Source: Tubiluchus corallicola | Lineage: Eukaryota > Animalia > Priapulida | Direction of reading: 5' to 3' | Assembly (NCBI GenBank): GCA_030141605.1 | Contig: JAQGDQ010001700.1 | Coordinates: 1-28,740 of the forward strand | DNA length: 28,740 nt | In this document: in pieces, positions 11,065 through 21,300 of the stretch | Numbering within the stretch: position 1 is the stretch's first letter | Layout: the number at the start of each line of letters is the position of its first letter | Made by a program: the position numbers and the translations under genes | Notes under the pieces: model-generated | What the model was told of the DNA's origin: nothing | The model's input: the letters and a program-made list of their open reading frames with translations, nothing else | Databases searched by the model: none

Positions 11065-11523
11065 CTGAAAAATTGTAACAAATATGGCGGTATTCAGTTG
11101 TTTTACGTGGACTTCACTTAACTATTGCATTAGTTCGTACATAGATCGATTTACTAGCGGGAGCTTGCTTGGGAACGAGAAAAAATGAACTAGGTAAGGT
11201 TCTAGCTAGCTGCTAAAACTGTTACTATTACAGTAGAATGGGCTGCGAAGTGTTAACAAGTGTACACAAATGCATTGTCTGGTACACTTAACCGTTGCCT
11301 TTTGACGGTTAACAACAATCACTGGAACTGTGAAAGGGTTACTGTGTTGTAGTTATGAAATACTTATTCACAATATACATGATAATGAGTTAACAGCAGC
11401 CGGGTTTGATGCAAACCTAGATTACAATGACTAGAACAATAGGAAGAAATCACAATCATACATATTGATAGGAAACTAATCAATTATCATTCTTGTACAA
11501 ATAGTTCGATTTGTTTCCATTTG

Positions 11524-12237
11524 CGGGGCGTAGCCATGTTCTAAAGTTAGGGAGCAAGCACATAAAAAGGCGCCAGTGACACATGCCAAATAATTTTTAA
11601 CACATTGATTATACATCATAATATTGCGGCAAAAATCAAAACATAAGGGAAGATATAGTTTTAAAGGAAGAACATAGTTGTTATTTGCACAAATTTAAAA
11701 TTAAAACGCAATAAAGAGTCTTACAGTAAGCTCATGTATCTCAAAACATGATAAAAGCATGTGTGTTACTTACTTATTTTAATTTTAAATGTAAAATTGT
11801 GTAAAATGAAAATAAAATTAAGCATTGTGAAAAATGCAACATGAAGGAACTACAAAAGTCTTTTTCACCTAGGCTTCATTCTAGCAAAGTAATCTGTAAC
11901 TTTATTACAATCCACCTCATTAACCAATAGTGTCTAGACAATCGTGTGACAAGAATTAGAACTATGATAATAATTAGAAATGGGGCAATCCAATCTTTGG
12001 TTCAATGAGTCAATCTTGACAAAAAATTTGCATAAATGCTTGCTTATCTCAAAAACAAGAAAAGTAACAACTACAGAAAATCTTCCAAGGTAATGCGATC
12101 AAAAAATAAAAAAAAAGATTCAACTTATGTCACACAAGTGAACTAAATAGCTAAAAATTTGTTGAAAACACGCCAATTTTGAAAACTATGTTTGAGAACG
12201 GTTGATGCACTTGCTCCCCCTATTAGCTATGCCATTG
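11524..12237. mobile_element. hAT-like MITE
   Basis: Imperfect TIR cggggcgtagcc / agctatgccattg and a perfect 8-bp TSD tccatttg (11516-11523, 12238-12245). Confidence 0.8.
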
Positions 12238-12269
12238 TCCATTTGATACCTAATTACGGTAAAACTTAC

Positions 12270-12339
12270 CTGACTTCGCGGGTAAGATCATCATCTCCAA
12301 CAGCAGGAAGATAAGCGGCAAGTGTAACAGTCCCAACAT
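12270..12339 (-). CDS. First coding exon, signal peptide (MLGLLHLPLIFLLLEMMILPAKS)
   Basis: ATG at 12339, hydrophobic core ending A-K-S, then a strong phase-1 donor TCA G|gtaagt. An in-frame upstream ATG at 12405 is an alternative start. Confidence 0.8.
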
Positions 12340-13277
12340 TACCCCCACAGACCATAAATCATCATGCTTGCAAAACACACGTCCATGTAAGTGAGACTTA
12401 TTCATGAATTACGTACGTCCTTGGTATAATCTGCATATAGTTATAAATGATATTATGGTAGCTCACTGACTGTTCAGTCAAGCAGATAGGAAACTGCATT
12501 TTACAATTATTCAGCAACATATGAATTACAGTTTTTGAAAATATCAAGTTATAAAAGGGAAATGTACATACTGGTTAAACCGAAAATCAGCCAGCTAAGT
12601 AAGTTTTTCACAAGGTTTTCACTTTACTACAAAAGCAAATATGAAAATTCTGTGAAGAAAAAATACTACAATCAAAATTATGTAACAAAAAGGTGTTATG
12701 AAGGTTTACTTTAGTTATGTCAGCCATAAAAAAGTCTCCAGACTTTGATAACTAATTGGTCACACATTAATCAACGATGAAGTCAACTTTTAAACTCAGT
12801 AAGTTTTACATCACTTTGGTTATTCTTTGAAATTACCACCTAACTTTTTCAGTATTTGGTTGATGTATACGTTATCCGTACCACTGTAAATAATTTGTTA
12901 TCGGGTCAAATTGAGTCATTTCCACGTGAGCCACTGGAAAGATCGACGCATACGCTGCCGTATATAGGACACTATAAACGAACAGTCACTTCATGAAAAT
13001 CTAAGAAATTCGTGAAACTTTGTAATGAACTTTAAACTTGAACTTAAATTTATAATACAGCTCAGTTGCACAAATTAACCTACCTTCATTACTATCGTAA
13101 CCAATAAATGACATTAAATTTTAATGTCAGGTCTTCACCATGGAAATATAATTACATACCTTACAAACCTACGACAGGGAAGGTAAGCCATGGCTAATCA
13201 AACGTTTATCAGCACTTCTTAAAATCTGAAAAAATGACAAAATTATCAAATACGTTACAAGAGGCCTTCTTTTTTAA

Positions 13278-13324
13278 GGCAGCCATTTTAAAATCAAGCC
13301 TCGCGGGTTATGTTGCCTAGTTAC
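13278..13324. promoter_or_regulatory. Candidate promoter motifs (YY1-like GCAGCCATTTT; RFX X-box-like GTTGCCTAGTTAC at 13312-13324) between the divergent genes
   Basis: Motif resemblance only. It lies just beyond a possible minus-strand 5' UTR exon (13159-13225, ttttttcag|...aag|gtatgt). Confidence 0.25.
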
Positions 13325-13426
13325 ATTGCATTTTCGTTGTAGGTTTTTGAATGACATTTTGTCCACTGACTGGAACTCAATGCCTTTGCAATAAAATAAT
13401 AAATACAGCAAAAATTGAGTAAAATG

Positions 13427-13483
13427 ATGATAATACTAACAATAATAATAATAATGATAATGGTGATGATGATAATAATAGTA

Positions 13484-13538
<55 letters not shown>

Positions 13539-13582
13539 CAACAACAACAACAACAACAATAATAATAATAATAATAATAATG

Positions 13583-13624
<42 letters not shown>

Positions 13625-13676
13625 TTAATATTAACAATAATGATAATAATAATAATAACAGCAATTATAATAATAA
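13427..13676. repeat. (AAT)n/(AAC)n/(GAT)n compound microsatellite
   Basis: Direct reading; it explains the poly-Ile and poly-Leu ORFs. Confidence 0.97.
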
Positions 13677-13718
13677 CTGGTTAAGCCCCACAAATAAATT
13701 TGAGCACAAATCAATGAC

Positions 13719-13960
13719 AACCCACACCACCTTGGCTTACAGTACATCACCCACACCATACCAAACCACCATCCTACCTATACCACATCACCCACACCAC
13801 ACCACCCACATTATGTCACACCACTCCAACCATTCCAACCACACCACAAAATGCCACACTCACAACACCACGCCAATCATGCAATACCGTATCTATCACA
13901 TGCACCTCACCATCCACAGCAAACTCACCACCCCACACCATACCAAGCCCACCACATCAC
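13719..13960. repeat. CAC/ACC-rich low-complexity tract
   Basis: Degenerate cacaccac motifs; explains the His/Thr-rich ORF 13714-14112. Confidence 0.75.
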
Positions 13961-14064
13961 ATGGTGATCATGTGGCAAAAGCCATTAAACCCGTGTGCCA
14001 AGAATCAATAATGGACAGACATTCTACATTTCACGGATTTAGAGAAGATGTACTATTGTACATG

Positions 14065-14303
14065 CAGGGCCTATTTCAGCCTAAGCGAGGTCCAGGGAAG
14101 TGGGACGTGTGAGGCCCCCTTATTGGTTGGGCGCCGCCATGGTTGGCGCCCAGAAAATTTTTGAACTGCTAGAACGCTGGAGAAGCATTTTCGAAGAGAA
14201 AATATGGAGTTATACAGTTGTTAAGAGGGAGAGAGGAGGCAGTATGTTCGCATAAAGCAAAAAATGTATCGCCACTCCCCCCCCCCACCTGAAATAGGCC
14301 CTG
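14065..14303. mobile_element. Short MITE (239 bp), hAT-like termini
   Basis: Perfect 15-bp TIR cagggcctatttcag / ctgaaataggccctg and an internal palindrome gggcgcc...ggcgccc. No TSD seen. Confidence 0.7.
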
Positions 14304-14425
14304 ATTGGGAGGAACCATAATTTACGCACTGCGATATTCCTGGAAATATCGATAAAACTTTAAATTAAAATTATTTAGACACTATTCTTGGCTTCCATAA
14401 AAACTGTGTTAAGAGTAAAATAATT

Positions 14426-14724
14426 CGTTGTATTGATTGTGTATAGCTGATTATTGGTGTTTTAGGGATGGCAAAACTATGAAGAGTCCAATTATAAAAC
14501 TACACGTTTATTGAACATCAAACACAATAAATATAACAGATAGTAATGCCAAGCCATCTGATCTAGCCTGCTCTCCTTCAGCTCCCAGACTCAATCCCTT
14601 GAGCTGGGCGCATCACAAGGCTTATCTCTCGTGCGCCGAGCTTCGACGCCTACGCTTCGGTTCCGAATCACTTACTCACGTGACACCACTCCTTAACTGG
14701 GCTGTGTGTCAGCATTCATCAACA
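14426..14724 (-). mobile_element. Probable solo LTR (299 bp)
   Basis: Flanked by 5-bp direct repeat taatt. Termini cgttg...caaca are one transition away from TGTTG...CAACA, and there is a minus-strand AATAAA near 14507. Confidence 0.45.
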
Positions 14725-15309
14725 TAATTATCTATCATAATCTAATGCTTTTAACATAGTTTAACAGGTCCTCTTGTTAAAGATGATATACATGATTTGT
14801 ATTTTCGTTTCCAGCATTGTCCCTACCTTTCATGATTTTGTATTTTCGTTTCCGTTTCCAGCACTGTTTCTAGCTTTCGTGATTTTAGTAAAAAACTGCT
14901 GCAAATGTTGAAGACGGGAGAACTGTAAAACATACAGCTCCATTATATTATACACATACACAGACCACTCACTTAAAATTTGAAATTTGAAAGTATCCAA
15001 AATAATTTCAATATAAACTGTTAAAATGATACCGGTATAAAGTCTGTAGAAAGGTTCATTCGTTTAAGAAAGGGTTAGTATTTTGATTTTCATTTTTTAA
15101 TGAGTTTTAACTTACCACACATCCTTACTCAATAATTGTACGCATTCATTCATTCATTCATTCATCGCTGTGGATGGCTTCTCATCAGACATACAAAATT
15201 TTGTGTCATTTAGAAATTTTGTTTTACTGTTTCTATGTTAAAGTGTTGTCATGACGATATCAGAAGTTTCAAATAGATTTGATTTCCTGGTACGCAGCAG
15301 AGATCAGAA

Positions 15310-18300
15310 ATGGCAAAATGGCGCAAAAGGAAGGCTACTGATCAACAGGATGAGAAGCAGCAGCAAAAGGAGAACAAGACGGTGGAGTGTACAAGAGGCA
15401 GGTCTCCAGAAGAGAGATTGGCTCCTGTAAAACCATTGTCACAGCCTCCTGAAGCTGCCAAAGGAAGAGAGCTGCCAAACTTAGTTATACAGACAAACTT
15501 CAAAAAACCAGCTCATTACTCTATACGTCGCAGTTTTGTGCGTAGACGAGGAAAATATTACAGTCTTATCAGGAAGGGCTACCTAAGGCCAAAAACATTA
15601 TCTGATTCTAAGCAACCTGAACATGTTATACAAAGGCGCACAATACAAGCAAGAACTGCACCACCATTACGCAATTTATTACAAAAATCACCATATCAAC
15701 GTTGGCTGAAAAATATCTGCTTGCTCGATGGCCATGCCAGGTGCTTTGATTATAATCTGCAGTATTACCTTCATGGCAAATGGTTATATTCATGGAAACA
15801 GGTCTACAGCTCTATTACAGGTCTCCCAAGTATTTACCAGTCCGAACAAAGAATTGATGTGGCAACTGCACAGCAAACTGGACTTGTGCCTATAATTGAC
15901 CTGGCGACTGCACAGCGAGCTGGACTTGTCCCTAAAATTGATCTGGCTGTTGCACAGCAAGCCGGACTTGTGCCGCGAATTGATGTGACTGCTGCATTGC
16001 AGGCTGGACTTATACCTCAAATAGATTTAGCTGCTGCACAGCAATGTGGCCTTATACCGGAAATCGATCTAGTTGAAGCACAACTAGCTGGACTTGTCCC
16101 ACAGATTGATCTAGCTGCCGTATTGCAAGCTGAACTTGTGCCGCAAATTGACCTGTCTGCTGCAGAGCAACTCGGACTGGTGCCACGAACTGATTTGGCT
16201 GCAGCACAAGAAGCCAACTTGGTGCCAGAAATTGACCTGTCTGCTGCAGAGCAACTCGGACTGGTGCCACGAACTGACTTGGCTGCAGCACAAGAAGCCA
16301 ACTTGGTGCCAGAAATTGACCTGTCTGCTGCAGAGCAACTCGGACTGGTGCCACGAACTGACTTGGCTGCAGCACAAGAAGCCAACTTGGTGCCAGAAAT
16401 TGACTTGGTTGACGCACAGCAAGCCGGTCTTTTGCCTCATCTGGATCTGCATGCTGCACAACAAGCTAAACTTTCGCCAAGCAAGAATCAAGCTGAACTT
16501 GTGTCACAAATTAGTCTGGCTTCTGCACAGCAAGCTGGACTGGTGCCAAGAGTCAGTCTAGCCGCAGCATTGGACGCTGATTTTGTACCAAAAATTGATC
16601 TGGCTGTGGCACAACGAGTTGGACTTGTGCCTCAGGTTAGTCTGATTTCCGCACAGCAAGCGGGACTTGTGCCTCCAGTCGAATTTGTTGCTGCACAGCA
16701 AGCTGGTCTCGTGCCAGAAATTGACTTGGCTGCTGCCCAAAACACTGGACTTGCACCACAACTCGATCTAGCAGTTGTACAACAAGCTGGACTTGCACCA
16801 AAAATTGACCTGGCTGTTGCACAACTTGCTGGCCTTGTGCCACAAATTGATCTAGATTTGGCTCAATGGGTGAGTCTTTTACCACATCTGAATCTGCCCT
16901 CCACACAGCAAGCTGACATTATAGCAAACCTTATACTAGAAATCACCCAGCAAACTGGGTTTATACCTCGCCTAGAGTTAAAGACTGCAGAGAAACTTGG
17001 ACTTCGACCACGTTTTGAAAAGTCAACTGCATGGCAAGCAAGACAGCAGAAAGTTCTTCAAAGTAAACAGCAAGTTCCTCCTCGACGAAGAGAACTACCA
17101 CATAAACCTATTCTCTTGTGTAAACCACTACTTGTGCATAAACATTACCCTTTCCCCAAACGTCAGGCACCTCGTCCAAAAAGGGTTATTCCAGTGGAAA
17201 GAAAATTGACTCTTATCTGCGTTGAAGGGCAAATTTTACGAGTACCACGTGATAAATTCTGCCAAGCGCTCACTACCACATTTGTAAGAAAAATAGCTGA
17301 GGATGTACATATGAAGGAAATGTCATTCGACGAGTTCATCAGGAGACATTCTATAACAAAGGTGGACCAAAGAAAAACTGTTGAATCTGATGAGGAAAGT
17401 TATCCAGGTGATAAGCTGGAGTATTACCAGGAAACCGAAAAAGAGTGGCTAGGTCCTCCAGCTAGTGAAGAAAGTTTTGCAGGACTTTCAGTTCAAGAAG
17501 ATTACTCGAAAGATATTGAACCTCTCATAAGTACTCAAGATTCTGAGCAGCAGCAAGTGTTTCCAGGAAGTGAGGAAGACTATGCATCTTTTTCAGTTGG
17601 GCCTCCTAGTGTCACACAAAGTCTGCAAAAGCTCATAACTTTTCCAGCCTCAGTTTCTCCGTCAGATTATAAACAAGAACCCAATCAAGAAAGTGAGAAA
17701 ATTGGAACTAGATTGCCCTTTCTTCGGAAGTCATGTTCGGGACCCATCCCAAAGACTGAAAAGCTAATTGCACCACTAATCAGGAAACAGACTTCTCTCC
17801 CAGAAATACAAAAAGACCTCATACATTTGCCAGCTCTTGAAGGCCCACAAAGGGTTTTAAAGACGGAAGAAATTGTTCCACAAAAAGCTTCAGAGAGTGA
17901 AGAAATTGTTTCACAAAAAGCTTTAGAGACTGAAGAATTGGTCTCAGAAGAGGTTTTGGAAACTGAAGAAGTGGTTGCGCCAGTTATCAAAAAATCAGAA
18001 CATCTTCCAAGAATTAAGAAAGATCACAAGTACTCCCCAATTCGTCAAAGAACACAGAAGGAAAAAGACATTTTGCCACCAGATGGTGAGAAGCAAGAGG
18101 CTCTTGAAGAAGCCGAGAAAGATCAACCACAATTGCCAAATCTTGAAAAGGCAAGAAAAGCTTCCCTACAAACTAAAGAAGTCGACATGCATCGCGCAAG
18201 CAGTAAATGGAAGCCTATTCGTAAACCAGAAAGGTCTGTGGAAACTCATTTGGGGCTTCCAGGGAGGAAGGAGAAGGAAAAAGAAGTTTTACCAGAAATT

Positions 18301-21300
18301 GGAAAATATCGAACCGATGTTTCTCCAAAGCCTCCCCCTCACATTTCTTCTCTAGCCATTGGAAAAGCCTCTCCACACCTTCCTTCTCGAACAGTTACAA
18401 AACCTGAAGTTTCTCCACATCTTCCTTCTCAAGCAGTTTCTAAACTGGAAACTTCTCCACACAGACCTTCTCGGAAAGTTGTGAAACCAACTTCAAAAAC
18501 TAAAAAACGCGATAAGCATTTGCAAATTCATAAAAAGCCAAAAGGACCTACGCTAAAAGTCCATGAAGCTCATTTGCACCGCCTAAGTAGTAAGTGGAAG
18601 GCTATGCCAAAACTAGAAGGATCTACAGAAGACCTTTTGGGTCTTCCAGGTAGGAAGAAAGAAGAATTCTTCTCGGATGTTACTAAAGAAAAACCGACAA
18701 CAAAAATTACGAAAGAGCAAATAAGTGCTCCAACTGGTGAAGAACCTCTCCCAGAAAAGGGTCAAGGGCACATTCCTAAACAGGATCTCATATCTCAATC
18801 TGGGACCATCCTAAAACCCTACGTAACAACGAAAGACAGAAAGCACTTGCGTTATTATCCACTAAAGACTCCATCACCTCGTCCATCTCACTTACTTCCC
18901 TCAAGTGTAGATCTTGAGAAAATTTATACACCCACCATAAGAGATTTCATACCAACAGCTGCTGAGTTAAAAGAAATGTATGCTGATGATCTTCTCAAAA
19001 CTTATTCTGGATCTGATAGAGAACGTATGGCTGCTGCCTTAAAATTGCAAAAAACTGCATCTGGTGGTATTCTCACACCTTCAGGTCACGTTTTGCATAT
19101 GCCAGTTGAAGATTTCATTGAAACTTGTGCTGGTGCTACTGAAGACACTGACACGCTCAAAAAACTGTATGGACGTGTTACTGTGGTATCGGGAGTTTCT
19201 CTCTCTCCTGAACAAATGGACAAATTGATAAAAGCTTTGGAAGAACAAGAATCACGACCTGCTAAAGCTGTTGCTGAAGATGCATTAGCAGGTGAACAAG
19301 CCTCTCTAATCCTGCCGAAAGATTCAGTGTGGTTAAAAGAACAGACGATACCAGTATCAATTTCAGAGCCAAGTAAACTTGACAGAGATTTAGCATCGCA
19401 CCGTGACTTTTACCAGGTAGCAAAAAAAGACAAAGTAGAAAAACCTCTTCCTGGTGTTGAATCAAGAAAAAAGGACCAGGTAGAAAAACCTCTTCCTGGT
19501 GTTGAATCAAGAAAAAAGGACCAGGTAGAAAAACCTCTTCCTGGTGTTGAATCAAGAGAAAAGGACCAGGTAGAAAAACTTCTTCCTGGTGTTGAATCAA
19601 GAGAAAAGGACCAGGTAGAAAAACCTCTTCCTGGTGTTGAATCAAGAGAAAAGAACCAGGTAGAAAAACCTCTTCCTGGCGTTGAATTAAGAGAAAAGGA
19701 CCAGGTAGAAAAACCTCTTCCTGGTGTTGAATCAAGAGAAAAGGACCAGATAGAAAAACCTCTTCCTGGTGTTGAATTAAGAGAAAAGGACCACGTAGAA
19801 AAACCTCTTACTGGTGTTGAATTAAGAGAAAAGGACAAGGTAGAAAAACCTCTTCCTGGTGTTGAATTAGGACCTAGCATCGAATCAAGAGAAAAGGCAG
19901 TATTGGATAGAGACATTGATGTGCATGAACATTTGCCGGACTTAGGAGTCAGGGAGAAACTGTCACCTGCACAATTACTGACTGAAGAAGAAATCACTTC
20001 TAAACCTGCTTTGGACCAAATAGGTGCAGAGTTTTCTAAAGGTAGAATTTTTCCTGAAAAGTCGATCGATTTCAAAACTCTTATGGACCGCAAAAGTACG
20101 AAAATTCTGAAGACTTTCTCTGACAAATCAATTAGACCCAAAACTGCACGAGATAGCGAAAGTTTTCTATTACCTAGAGGATATTCTGACCCGACAGCTG
20201 CTGTAAGTCTTTCCAAATCTGAAGAAGCTGTACGCGAGGAAAAAGTCACAGACGTCGCAGCTGGTGAGTGGAAACGAAGTATTGTGCCAAGAGAAAGAAT
20301 GCATGGAAGATTGAGTATGCCAGCTGATGAACCGATGTTGCAAAAGACACTTACTCGTGATACTGTATCACTTCCAACTCCTTCCTGGATACCATCACCA
20401 TACGCTAGTTATGTTTCAAGCAAACCATGCAGCGAATTATCAAAATTATCAAGCGAGTTGTCGAAAAAACCAAGTGAAATATCTAAATCGTTCGTATTTG
20501 TGCCACGCATAGATTCTGCTGCTCTTCATGCACGGACGGAGAGCATGAAAGAACAACTAATGGAAGAGGTTCTAAACGAATTCTTGCGTGACTTGATCTT
20601 GTCTGAAATGGCTGAGTGCAGCGTCATGAATTTCTTTGAAGAAGAATTGGCTGACCTGGGACCAGTGGTCATCACTGATGCAGCTAGAGAGAAAGCGCGA
20701 TTGCTGATTCAAAAGAAACTGGAAGAGTTTTCTAAAAAAACTTTCAGAAGTCACGTGCAGAGAGTGATGTCGGTCAGAGACCCTCTTCTTCGGGGGGCAC
20801 ATAAGAAAACTTCAAGAATTGAACTAAATCGGTATCTCATGGAAGAAATACCTTGGAAACAAAATGTCAGCCGATTTACGTTGCCAATGGATCTTCGGGA
20901 ACTTGAATCTCTGAATCCAATGGAATATGTCAAGAAGTATTGCAAGATTGTCCCTCATAAAGAGGCTCAACTGTACAAATGCTTTGCAAAATTTAAAGAT
21001 GCAAAATTAGGAACTTTGTCAGAGAAGCTGGTGAAGTTGGCTCTTGAGGAAGTGTATCTGGACGTCCTGTGGAGCATGCCCTGGGAGAAGGCTGCTCATT
21101 TAATCGGGATCCTGCCAAACAGCACGATCGACTTTAAGACATTTGCGAGTCTCTGTATATTGATGGAGAGACTGTATTGGCGCCGGGACGATACCTTCCA
21201 CAGAATTAATCCTAGAAAGTATCATCAGGATCAATTGGAACGTGCCGACTTTCATTCGTTGCCAGGGAAGCTTAGCGGCCTGGCAGTTCCTCTTGATACA

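Noticed and set aside
13377-14112. Poly-Leu, poly-Ile and His/Thr-rich ORFs
   Set aside because: Translations of microsatellite and low-complexity DNA.
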